DNA of 32,000 bases from an uncultured archaeon (GCA_964551375.1 CAZKBG010000001.1:837329-869328), one strand, 5' to 3'. Numbered from the stretch's first letter, positions 17,539 to 25,870 are shown. Program-made: numbers and translations. Notes: a model not told the origin generated them from the letters alone.

Positions 17539-18489
17539 TTATAAACCTTCTTCAAGTGTTTTGCCATTATCGTCGCCACGGTGATCGATCTGCATATCTT
17601 TTTCATTAATTGCATCTTTTTTGTTAACTTTTATCTTGGAAATATCTGTTACCCAAGGCGTAACGGGGGTTATTTTATCAAATGGGCTGAATAAAATGGC
17701 AACAATGTAGTTTTGTTGCAAATGATTTTTATCGGCCGAAGATGGTGCAAGTAATTTTGGATTAGCGAACAAAAAATCGTGTTTTCCGGTTCTTATAAAT
17801 AAATCAAGGCCCAATACATTAAATTCATCAATTCGTGGAGTAGCTTGTGTTCTTGCGCTTTTTTCAGACCCTCCTGAAACTAAGTGGGTTTCAATAACTC
17901 TTATTTTTGACATTACGTATGCTAAACGCTCTTCTATTAATTTGTCAAGTTCCTCAATTGGCAAAGATTTTAGTTTAGAAATTATCTTTGACTTGTTGGT
18001 AGTTCGCCCATTAGCATTGTATTTTTTAATGTCGTTGAATGTGTATAGCTCTTCGGAATATTTTGATAGAAAAAGAGGGAGTTCTTTTTTTATAAATTCT
18101 TCGATTTGCTTTTCACTTTTGAATGGAGTGATGTGGATATGTTTTGTTAAAAAGCCAATTAAATTATTGTAATTATAAAGTCGGTGCCATTTTTCTGAAT
18201 TTGACTTTACTCCTTTAGACTCAAGAACAAACCATGGCTTGTCTCCTTTGATTCTAATATAAAAGTCTCCGTGATGATTTGGGTGCTTGTCCCCTTCCCA
18301 TTTTTCTTTGATTCGTAGTAATTCAAATCCTTTTTGCATTAGCTGTCTTTTTAGTAAAATCTCTGAAATTGCGCCCGCTAAATATCCTTGAGCGTTTGGA
18401 CTCATTAGAATAGCTTGTTCAAATGTTGAAATATCTACTGCAAAAAGCCTTTTTACAAGAAGTTCAATTCGGTTTTCCTGTGTGCACAT
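17539..18489 (-). CDS. Putative restriction endonuclease, PD-(D/E)XK-like, partner of the methyltransferase
   Basis: GDFYIRIKGDKPWFVLESKGV (D-x(n)-E-x-K) following AISEILLKRQLMQKGF; only 24 nt upstream of and co-oriented with the methyltransferase gene. Confidence 0.7.
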   Translation of the reverse strand: MCTQENRIELLVKRLFAVDISTFEQAILMSPNAQGYLAGAISEILLKRQLMQKGFELLRIKEKWEGDKHPNHHGDFYIRIKGDKPWFVLESKGVKSNSEKWHRLYNYNNLIGFLTKHIHITPFKSEKQIEEFIKKELPLFLSKYSEELYTFNDIKKYNANGRTTNKSKIISKLKSLPIEELDKLIEERLAYVMSKIRVIETHLVSGGSEKSARTQATPRIDEFNVLGLDLFIRTGKHDFLFANPKLLAPSSADKNHLQQNYIVAILFSPFDKITPVTPWVTDISKIKVNKKDAINEKDMQIDHRGDDNGKTLEEGL

Positions 18490-18568
18490 AATATCTCAAA
18501 TAATAAAAGTCATTATTAATCTATAGCCGGTTGACTTTGACAGTAATCTACTGGCCCTCCCCCTCAAC

Positions 18569-18579
18569 CTTTTTATATT
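18569..18579 (+). promoter_or_regulatory. TATA-like element upstream of RuBisCO gene
   Basis: CTTTTTATATT about 20-25 nt before the TTG codon at 18595. Confidence 0.45.
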
Positions 18580-18594
18580 AGAAAGTCCTTTTGC

Positions 18595-19926
18595 TTGGAG
18601 TTTAAGGTGGTCTATTTGGCAGGATACGAGGATTTTGTGGATTTGGGTTATAAGCCTAATAATAAGGATGTTATTGCGAGTTTTAAGGTGAAGGTGCCTG
18701 AGTGGGAAACTCCTGAAAGGGCATTTGGAGCAGTTGCTTCTGAGAGTTCTGTAGGAACTTGGACTGATTTAGATATTTGGGCAAAATACCCTCATGTGAA
18801 GAAAGTTGCGGGGAAGGTTTACTCAATTGAACACTCGCCAAACGGATACTGGATAAAAATAGCTTACCCTGAAGACCATTTTGAGCAGGCAAATCCAAGC
18901 CAAATACTAGCATCAATTGCTGGAAACGTTTTTGGAATGAAAGCAGTGGACGGACTAAGACTACAAGACATTGAATTTACAAAAACCATGATGAAAGAAT
19001 ACAGAGGACCGCAATTTGGAATAAAAGGAGTAAGAAAAATCTTTGGAGTAGACAAAAGACCACTAATGCTATCAGTTGCTAAGCCAAAAGTTGGAATGAC
19101 TACCGCAGAACACGCGGATATTGGATACCAAATATGGACTGGCGGTTTAGATCTATTAAAAGATGATGAAAACTTAACTAACCAGAAATTTAATCCATTC
19201 AAAAAAAGAGTAACTGCTTCGCTAAAACTAAGAAACAAAGCAGAGAAAGAAACAGGAGAAAGAAAATCATACTTAATTAACGTAACCGCTCCAACAGTGC
19301 AAGAAATGATTGAAAGAGCAAGGTATGTAAAAAAAGAAGGCGGAGAATACGTAATGATTGACATCATTGCGTCAGGATGGACTGCATTAAACAGTTTAAG
19401 AGAAGAATGCGAAGATTTAGGACTTGCAATACACGCGCATAGAGCAATGCACGGCGCAATGACAAGAAACCAAGACCACGGATTCTCAATGAACTGCGTA
19501 TCAAAATTCTCAAGATTAATCGGAGTAGACCAATTACACATTGGAACTGTGTTTGGAAAACTTGTCAGCCCTAAAGAAGAAGTTTTAGAGTGCCAAAAGA
19601 ACTTAACTTTGCCAAAAGTAAAGGCTGATATGACGCACCACTACTTAAACCAAGATTGGGCAAAAATGGAGCAAGTATTCCCAGTATCAAGCGGAGGACT
19701 ACACCCTGGAATTGTGGATAAAATAATGGGACTATTAGGAACTAATATTATGCTGCAGCTTGGCGGAGGAGTGCACGGACACCCGCAAGGAAGCCACGCA
19801 GGAGCTGTTGCAATGAGAGCAGCTGTTGAAGCGGTTCTTGACAAAATTAGCGCTGAAGAAAAAGCAAAAACATGCCCAGAGCTAAAAGTAGCATTAAAAC
19901 AATGGGGACACTCAATGCCAAAATAA
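18595..19926 (+). CDS. rbcL: Archaeal (form III-like) ribulose-1,5-bisphosphate carboxylase large subunit
   Basis: SVAKPKVG, GGLDLLKDDENL, HAHRAMHGAMTRN, QLHIGTVFGKL, PVSSGGLHPG, LQLGGGVHGHPQG. First codon is TTG. Confidence 0.95.
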   Translation: MEFKVVYLAGYEDFVDLGYKPNNKDVIASFKVKVPEWETPERAFGAVASESSVGTWTDLDIWAKYPHVKKVAGKVYSIEHSPNGYWIKIAYPEDHFEQANPSQILASIAGNVFGMKAVDGLRLQDIEFTKTMMKEYRGPQFGIKGVRKIFGVDKRPLMLSVAKPKVGMTTAEHADIGYQIWTGGLDLLKDDENLTNQKFNPFKKRVTASLKLRNKAEKETGERKSYLINVTAPTVQEMIERARYVKKEGGEYVMIDIIASGWTALNSLREECEDLGLAIHAHRAMHGAMTRNQDHGFSMNCVSKFSRLIGVDQLHIGTVFGKLVSPKEEVLECQKNLTLPKVKADMTHHYLNQDWAKMEQVFPVSSGGLHPGIVDKIMGLLGTNIMLQLGGGVHGHPQGSHAGAVAMRAAVEAVLDKISAEEKAKTCPELKVALKQWGHSMPK

Positions 19927-19993
19927 AGGCATAAGAGAATCTAAAATTAATTTGCCTGCAAAAGAAGCAGGCAGACAACTTTTTTTATATGCG

Positions 19994-20030
19994 AAAAAGT
20001 TTTTTACAAGCAAAAAAACTTTTTTTCTTT
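19994..20030 (+). terminator. Strong hairpin/T-tract terminator after RuBisCO
   Basis: AAAAAGTTTTTT (19994-20005) / AAAAAACTTTTT (20013-20024), 12-bp perfect stem, 7-nt loop, followed by TTTCTTT. Confidence 0.75.
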
Positions 20031-20072
20031 AAAACACAGCTTTTTTTAAACAAAAACAACACTAATTAACTT

Positions 20073-20660
20073 ATGAGAGTATCACAAAGAGCAAGAGAAC
20101 TCAAAAGAGCAGCTGCGTTTAAGCCAAAGCGAAAACTAAAAGTAAAACTGATTTCGCCTGAGAATAAAGAAGCTTTGGGATTTGCAATATTTCCAAAAAC
20201 CGGGCCAAAAGTAAAATTAGGATTTATTACAAGAGGGCATAGAGAATCATATATTAAAAGAGCAGGCGTATTTTCACAAGCTTTAAGGCAATTTGAAGCT
20301 TTGGAAAGAAAAACAATCTCAGAAGTTGGATTTGTAGAATACCGAAAAGCAATAATTGGGATGATTAGAGAAGACCACAAGCACACAGGGCCTATTGGAG
20401 TAATCCCAAATATTAAGTTTTTACTTGAACTAAAAAAACCGCACTTCATTGATTATGCTAAAATATACGAATCAGTGATTGTTCTCTTAAAAAAAGGTTA
20501 TTCTCTTACTCCTCCAAGCCTTGCTTACTTAAGAGAAAAAAATCCTAAATTAAGGGCTTCAAGAAGCGAAGTAATAAAGTATTTGGAAACAAACAGAAGA
20601 AGGTTAGAAAGAGTAAAATACGAAAATAGAGCGCTATTAGTGCTCACAAAACCATTGTGA
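20073..20660 (+). CDS. Basic hypothetical protein (195 aa)
   Basis: ORF starting MRVSQRARELKRAAAFKPKRKLKVKLI; Lys/Arg-rich; no family recognised. Confidence 0.75.
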   Translation: MRVSQRARELKRAAAFKPKRKLKVKLISPENKEALGFAIFPKTGPKVKLGFITRGHRESYIKRAGVFSQALRQFEALERKTISEVGFVEYRKAIIGMIREDHKHTGPIGVIPNIKFLLELKKPHFIDYAKIYESVIVLLKKGYSLTPPSLAYLREKNPKLRASRSEVIKYLETNRRRLERVKYENRALLVLTKPL

Positions 20661-20836
20661 ACGAAAAGTTTTAGAAAAAACCGATTTTGGCTAAATTTAG
20701 ACGTAAAAGAGGGTTTGTATAAGGCGCAAAACGAGAGGGGAAAGTTCACTAAGCTTAAGGAAAAGGTTTATTAACAAAGTAAGTATTATCTGTTATTAGG
20801 TAATTTTGCCGTAGAAGTAGTTTGAGGGTGATTTAA

Positions 20837-21199
20837 TTGAGTCTAAGCACATTGACTTTTGGAAGCATGAACAGCATTAATGCCAGTTCGCACACAAAAG
20901 GGAAAGTAAAAGTAATAAAAGCCGAAAAATTTGTCGGAATGGATGCAGTTTGCGTCATAGCAAGGCTAGTTGACGGCGCAGTTGCAAAAAAAATGAGAGT
21001 ATTAGGAAGAAACGCTACACAAATAATCAGCGTTGAATCAAAAGTAGGAGACGGATACTGCACAAAGCCAGGAGCACAAGTTGTTCTAATGATTGAAGGA
21101 ATAACAAAAGAAGAATATCCTGAAGGCGCAGAAATAAGCTTTGAAAGAGGAGCAGGCGAAGACTTGTCAAAACCAAAGGGAAGACTAATTATTGCTTAA
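20837..21199 (+). CDS. Hypothetical small beta-rich protein (120 aa)
   Basis: TTG start preceded by SD-like GAGGGTGAT; protein MSLSTLTFGSMNS...VMLMIEGI-like ending GRLIIA. Confidence 0.7.
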   Translation: MSLSTLTFGSMNSINASSHTKGKVKVIKAEKFVGMDAVCVIARLVDGAVAKKMRVLGRNATQIISVESKVGDGYCTKPGAQVVLMIEGITKEEYPEGAEISFERGAGEDLSKPKGRLIIA

Positions 21200-21332
21200 A
21201 AAAAGATAAAAGTGCAAATTGTTCAAAACAGAGCATTTTGCGCTTTTACCCTCAAACAACTATTTTTAATGAATTCAAACTAATTTCACTAAACCAAAAA
21301 GCTTAATTAAACGCAAAAACTAATATTTCCTG

Positions 21333-21899
21333 ATGAAAAAACAAAACAAATATGCTTATAGCAGTGATTACAAAGACAAAAACAAAAACGCTTGGGTAAC
21401 TGAATACAAACACGAAAACAATTGGCTATACTTATTAGCATTCGGACTCTTAATAGTGCCAATGGTTTTAGGAAACCAATTAATTATTGGAACAATAGTA
21501 AACGCGCTCTTAATCGGGGCTGCAATCAAATTCAAAACCAAAAAAGTGCTAATCTTATCATTAATTCCAAGCATTGCGGCATTTTCAGCAGGAATATTAT
21601 TTGGAAACTTAACTCATACTGTAATTTTAATGATGCCATTTATTTGGGCAGGAAATATTTTACTAATGATGATTGTTAGAAAGCTAAATGTAGAAATTGG
21701 AAAGAATTACTTTTACACAATCCTCGCAGGAGCCACTGGGAAAACAATTTTACTATTCTCAATCGCATTTACGCTATTTGCATTTTCATTAGTTCCGGTA
21801 ATAGTGCTTACTGCATTTGGAATACTTCAATTCGCAACCGCAATAAGCGGCGGAATACTATACTTTGGCGCGGATAAGGCAGTAAAGAAGTTTGCTTAA
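21333..21899 (+). CDS. Multi-pass membrane protein, hypothetical
   Basis: ORF of 188 aa with several hydrophobic segments after a hydrophilic N-terminus. Confidence 0.75.
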   Translation: MKKQNKYAYSSDYKDKNKNAWVTEYKHENNWLYLLAFGLLIVPMVLGNQLIIGTIVNALLIGAAIKFKTKKVLILSLIPSIAAFSAGILFGNLTHTVILMMPFIWAGNILLMMIVRKLNVEIGKNYFYTILAGATGKTILLFSIAFTLFAFSLVPVIVLTAFGILQFATAISGGILYFGADKAVKKFA

Positions 21900-21963
21900 G
21901 TTATTTGATTTTTTTAGGTTTAAGTTTAAGCAAGTATTTCTGGTTAAGTTTTTGTTTAGGCAT

Positions 21964-22629
21964 TTACTTTTTATTAAAAGTATTTTTTTGCTTATCAAGC
22001 TGCGCTTTCTCATATTTCTCAACTTTCTTTTTAATTAACATAAGCGCCTTATCGCCTGGCTTTATGTGAGAATTCTTCAAAGCATCTCCAAGCGTAGAGT
22101 GAGCACCTCCGTAATTATGGCCCGGCCAGAGTTTGAGAGAGTGATTTAGAGTAAATAAATAATCAAGCGTGTCTTTTAGAGTGTCATCATCCCCGCCGTA
22201 AGCAGTTGTTCCAACGCCTTTAACAAAAATTGTATCGCCTGAAAAGATATTTTCTCCAATTACAAAGCAAACACTTTCATTAGTGTGCCCTGGAGTGTGA
22301 AGGACTTTAATTTTAAGCTGGGCGATGTCAATTTCTTCAGTTTTTCCGACTTCACCTGATTCTGGGGAGTAAGTAGGAATTCCTTTTGAAACAAAATGAT
22401 GCATTAATTCAGTATGATCTGGGTGAGCGTGAGTAAATATTTGCATTTTAACTGTTAAATCATAAGACTTAAGGGCGTGTTCGATTGCAGACAAGTCTCC
22501 AGTCGGGTCAATTAACACAGCTTCTTTTGAAGAAGGGGCTTTTGTGACAATATAAGAAAAGTTATTGTCAAAACCGCCAACATTGACTTGAATTACTCTG
22601 ACCATAGCAGTTATCCTTGTGTAAAGCAT
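21964..22629 (-). CDS. Metallo-beta-lactamase fold hydrolase (glyoxalase II-like)
   Basis: IFTHAHPDHTELM (HxHxDH), LHTPGHTNESVCF, IFSGDTIF, LWPGHNYGG. Start may be the internal MVRVIQVNVGG. Confidence 0.92.
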   Translation of the reverse strand: MLYTRITAMVRVIQVNVGGFDNNFSYIVTKAPSSKEAVLIDPTGDLSAIEHALKSYDLTVKMQIFTHAHPDHTELMHHFVSKGIPTYSPESGEVGKTEEIDIAQLKIKVLHTPGHTNESVCFVIGENIFSGDTIFVKGVGTTAYGGDDDTLKDTLDYLFTLNHSLKLWPGHNYGGAHSTLGDALKNSHIKPGDKALMLIKKKVEKYEKAQLDKQKNTFNKK

Positions 22630-22781
22630 TTTTATTTTATAGTGGTTGGCCTGATTTGCATAATTTTGAGTTTAAACCAAATAGGCGTTTAATTCAAATT
22701 TAAGCCCACAAGCAACAAATAAAAACCTTCACAACACCATTTTCTTAATGAGCGGGGGCAAAGCCCTTATTTTCGAAAGAT

Positions 22782-22854
22782 GCCTCTTTCGTCCAGCGGT
22801 CTAGGATTCACCCCTGTCACGGGTGCGACCCGGGTTCAAATCCCGGAGGAGGCG
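22782..22854 (+). tRNA. tRNA-Asp (anticodon GTC)
   Basis: Acceptor GCCTCTT/AGGAGGC, D-stem GTCC/GGAT, anticodon stem CACCC/GGGTG with loop CTGTCAC, T-arm CCGGG-TTCAAAT-CCCGG, discriminator G; no intron, CCA not encoded. Confidence 0.96.
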
Positions 22855-23797
22855 CTTCAACACATTTTATTGGACAAAAGCTTTGTTTTGGCAACCATTG
22901 TTTTTTTCCTTTAAAGTATATTTCTTTCCATCTTTTTAGTTGAGCTTTTTCAGAGTAGTTGTAAATGACTCCAATAGCGTCTGTTAATTTTTTTTGTTTT
23001 CTAATTATGGAAAAACAAATTTTCTTGTGAAATATTAAGGTGTCTTCAAATTTTAAAGTTTCGACTGAAAATAAGTTTTTTGTTCTTGTTAAAATTCTTC
23101 CATTAATTTTAGAATCTGATTGCCCTATTTTATGGGCAAGACGAAGAGCAGATTTTATTGTGAAAAATCTAATTAGCAAGTTTTGGGTATATTCTAATAA
23201 TTCAAAATTAGTGCTTGCTGCGATGGCAAGCCGGACTCCAAACCTATTGCTTGCTTTAATTATTGGGCAGCCTTCCGAATCAGCCAGTCCTTGAATAAAA
23301 TCGGCTGGAAATACTTCGATTAGCGGCTTTATTAAATCAAAATTAATTTTCGCCGCTCTTACAAATTCATATAGTTCTTTACTTCGGATGTTTGTGTGAA
23401 ACATATTTGGTTTGTGAAAGTGCACTGGATAGTCTGTAGTTTTGTTAAGTATTGTTGTAACGCAATGTGAAAACTTTTCCACAAATTCTTTATCAATTGC
23501 GCCTAGTTGAATGCAATAATCATAGTTGCTTTTGTGAATGCTTATGTTTCCATCTCCAAACATAACGCCCAAAAAGTAGGACATTTCTTGGCTTGGCGCT
23601 ATTTTGAAAGTATTTTTTTGAATTTTTGATAACGGATTGTTTTTCCAATAAGATAAGGTTCCAGTTGAAATAGAAATTCCTTTTTCAAGCAACGTGCGTT
23701 TTATTCTTTTAAATCCAAGTCCTTCTTTAATTAGTTGTTTTATTTGGGATTTAAGCGCTTCTTGTTCACTTCCAGCCAAGTCAGAAAACCGAGTCAT
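22817..23797 (-). CDS. LAGLIDADG homing endonuclease-like protein with N-terminal HTH-like region
   Basis: FLGVMFGDGNISI and FIQGLADSEGCPII (two LAGLIDADG motifs); N-terminal EGLGFKRIKRTLLEKGISISTGTLSYWK HTH-like. Stop codon lies in the tRNA-Asp anticodon loop. Confidence 0.88.
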   Translation of the reverse strand: MTRFSDLAGSEQEALKSQIKQLIKEGLGFKRIKRTLLEKGISISTGTLSYWKNNPLSKIQKNTFKIAPSQEMSYFLGVMFGDGNISIHKSNYDYCIQLGAIDKEFVEKFSHCVTTILNKTTDYPVHFHKPNMFHTNIRSKELYEFVRAAKINFDLIKPLIEVFPADFIQGLADSEGCPIIKASNRFGVRLAIAASTNFELLEYTQNLLIRFFTIKSALRLAHKIGQSDSKINGRILTRTKNLFSVETLKFEDTLIFHKKICFSIIRKQKKLTDAIGVIYNYSEKAQLKRWKEIYFKGKKQWLPKQSFCPIKCVEAPPPGFEPGSHP

Positions 23798-23896
23798 GCA
23801 AGTATGGCTTGGTTTTTAGTTTAATTCATTTCTCAACTATTTTGCCGATTATGCTGACTCACACAATTTAAATATTACAATCACCCATTAGCTGTT

Positions 23897-24535
23897 ATGC
23901 AAAAATTAAATTTCTTAGTTCTGATGATAATTGCAATACTCTTAATTCCTACAATAACTCTCGCATTCTGCGGGGACGGAATAATTGAAGATGAAGAAAA
24001 GTGCGATGGCACAAATTTTAACGAAATGACGTGCGAAAATCTTGATAAGGGATATATCGGCGGAGAACTATCATGCACGCTTGACTGTAATTATAATTTG
24101 AGAAAATGCCTTCCGGGAGCTACTGATGAAGAAACTGATCCATCAAAACCAGGCTCTCCGACAACAGGTCCAACATGCGGGGACGGAATTGTTGAAGGAA
24201 AAGAAAAATGCGATTCAATTAATTTAAACCAAAACACCTGCGATAGTTTAGGGTACAACGGCGGAACACTTGCATGCACAGACGGGTGCGTATTTGATTT
24301 GAGCTTATGCGGACAGTTAATTAATCCAAACCCAACCACTCCTGATTTAGTGCAAAAAGACAATGAAGGAAATATAGTTAGAACAATAGGCGAACTTGCA
24401 ATGGAATACCTCCCGCTTGCAGTTGTAGCTGTATTGATTATTTTTGCAATTTATCTGGTGTTGATTACAAGAACCACTGCTGAACAGGAAAAGAAAGAAA
24501 TTTTAGAAGAACTTGAAAGCAAAAGATACAAGTGA
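23897..24535 (+). CDS. Secreted/membrane-anchored protein with two CGDGI-type Cys-rich repeats
   Basis: Signal peptide; CGDGIIEDEEKCDGTNFNEMTCENLDKGYIGGELSCTLDCNYNLRKC and CGDGIVEGKEKCDSINLNQNTCDSLGYNGGTLACTDGCVFDLSLC; C-terminal TM. Confidence 0.85.
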   Translation: MQKLNFLVLMIIAILLIPTITLAFCGDGIIEDEEKCDGTNFNEMTCENLDKGYIGGELSCTLDCNYNLRKCLPGATDEETDPSKPGSPTTGPTCGDGIVEGKEKCDSINLNQNTCDSLGYNGGTLACTDGCVFDLSLCGQLINPNPTTPDLVQKDNEGNIVRTIGELAMEYLPLAVVAVLIIFAIYLVLITRTTAEQEKKEILEELESKRYK

Positions 24536-24539
24536 GCTC

Positions 24540-25187
24540 TTATAAATTTTCAACAGTATCGCAGAACTGCGAAATTGTGTCAAGCGCGTCCTTATTAGTA
24601 GATTCAGCCGCAAGGAAAACGCCCTGAAGCTTCTGTTCCTTAATCTTCTGCGAAAGAGTATGCAAAAACTTTTCAATAATAACATCTTTATTATAAATTA
24701 AAAGAGTGGTAATTGAATCAACTATCACAAAACCATTTTTTTTGCCGATTCTATCCAGCGCTTTTCCAACTTCAAGGCTTAACTCAATCATATCGCTCGG
24801 TCCGTCAAGATAACTAATCTTATCGCTCTCAATCTCCTTGCCGTTAATCATCTGGGTAACCGCGTCAACAAAATAAATATCATCAGTGGAAATATTCTGA
24901 AGCTTTAATTCCTCATTAATTTCATTAGCGCTCTTATTAACAGTAAGATAAACGCCCGGAAGCCCTCTGTCAACAAAGTACTTCATTATTCTCAAATATT
25001 TTAATTCATGCTGGCTTCTTGGAAGAACAAGAATAACGCTGAACGTCTGCTGGAGATTTCCAAAAATTTCCTTAACCTTTAAATCAATATTTCTGCTTGG
25101 GCTCAATAAATCAAGAACAGCTCTCTCATCAAGCTCTTTTTTTTCTTCAACTGAATTTGGTTTAATGTCATCAGCCACAAAAATCAC
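24540..25187 (-). CDS. KaiC/RecA-like protein lacking a recognisable Walker A motif
   Basis: VILVLPRSQHELKYLRIMKYFVDRGLPGVYLTVNKSANEI..., Walker B-like GFVIVDSITTLLIY; 4-nt overlap with upstream KaiC-like gene. Confidence 0.7.
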   Translation of the reverse strand: MIFVADDIKPNSVEEKKELDERAVLDLLSPSRNIDLKVKEIFGNLQQTFSVILVLPRSQHELKYLRIMKYFVDRGLPGVYLTVNKSANEINEELKLQNISTDDIYFVDAVTQMINGKEIESDKISYLDGPSDMIELSLEVGKALDRIGKKNGFVIVDSITTLLIYNKDVIIEKFLHTLSQKIKEQKLQGVFLAAESTNKDALDTISQFCDTVENL

Positions 25188-25870
25188 TCATACATTTCCT
25201 GCTTGTCAAGAATTTCAACGCCCTGCTTTGAAATAACAATAGGGTGGGTTTTTTCGCTGATTTTTGTTCCCCTCATTTTAATCACAGCCGCGCTTCGGAC
25301 AAACCTTTCCTTAACTTTCTTGTGGAATAAAACAATCGCTCCGTCAGCAACATACTCTTCAAGCCCGAACAAATCCCCATCTCGGCTGTTTGCTTCATTT
25401 GTAATAATCGCAGTACACCCGCTTTCCTTAAGCATTTTTCCAAGCTCAAGAATTTTCTTTCTTGCTTCAAGCTCCTTAGAAAAGTACAATCTAAAAATAA
25501 CTCCCGGGTCAATTACAATTCTCTTGGCCTTAACTCTCGCAATAGTATCCTCAATAACATCCTTTAACTGGTCAAAATCATACAAATCAATTGTAACAAT
25601 ATCAACCTTCTTTTGCTTTATTAATTCTTCAAAATCCCAGCCAAAAAGAGAGCCTAATTTTAGAATATCCTCTTTAGATTCTTCAAGAGAAACAAAAACG
25701 CCGTTCTCGCCAAATGTCTTTGCGCCGTGATATATAAATTCCATGCAAAAAATAGTTTTTCCAGAGCCCGGATCCCCGCTTACAACTACAAGATTGTTTT
25801 TGGGTACCCCTCCTCCAATAATATTATCCAGCCCCGGAACCCCGCTCTTAATTCTTTCAAGATCAGTCAT
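25184..25870 (-). CDS. KaiC-like RecA-superfamily ATPase
   Basis: RIKSGVPGLDNIIGGGVPKNNLVVVSGDPGSGKTIFCMEFIYHGA (Walker A GDPGSGKT). Confidence 0.9.
   Translation of the reverse strand: MTDLERIKSGVPGLDNIIGGGVPKNNLVVVSGDPGSGKTIFCMEFIYHGAKTFGENGVFVSLEESKEDILKLGSLFGWDFEELIKQKKVDIVTIDLYDFDQLKDVIEDTIARVKAKRIVIDPGVIFRLYFSKELEARKKILELGKMLKESGCTAIITNEANSRDGDLFGLEEYVADGAIVLFHKKVKERFVRSAAVIKMRGTKISEKTHPIVISKQGVEILDKQEMYE

Noticed and set aside
16589-18172. Plus-strand ORFs 16589..16801, 16850..17191, 17942..18172 and minus 17421..17615
   Set aside because: Shadows of the HsdM-HsdS and nuclease genes with clear motifs on the minus strand.
18500-18520. AATAAT...ATTATT inverted repeat between the nuclease gene and RuBisCO
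   Set aside because: Short and A/T only; expected often by chance in this composition.
18683-19844. Minus-strand ORFs 18683..18916, 18864..19541, 19641..19844 (the 225-aa one could look real)
   Set aside because: Antisense to RuBisCO, whose catalytic motifs are intact across the whole region.
20066-20749. Minus-strand ORFs 20066..20449 and 20525..20749
   Set aside because: Antisense to the basic 195-aa ORF, which has better start context; cannot be excluded completely without homologues.
22817-22854. C-terminal APPPGFEPGSHP of the homing endonuclease as a functional tail
   Set aside because: This is the familiar antisense translation of a tRNA T-arm (GFEPGS-type); counted as overlap with tRNA-Asp rather than a protein motif.
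25203-25730. 175-aa plus-strand ORF antisense to the KaiC-like gene
   Set aside because: The minus strand has Walker A and full KaiC-like context; the plus ORF is a codon-usage shadow.
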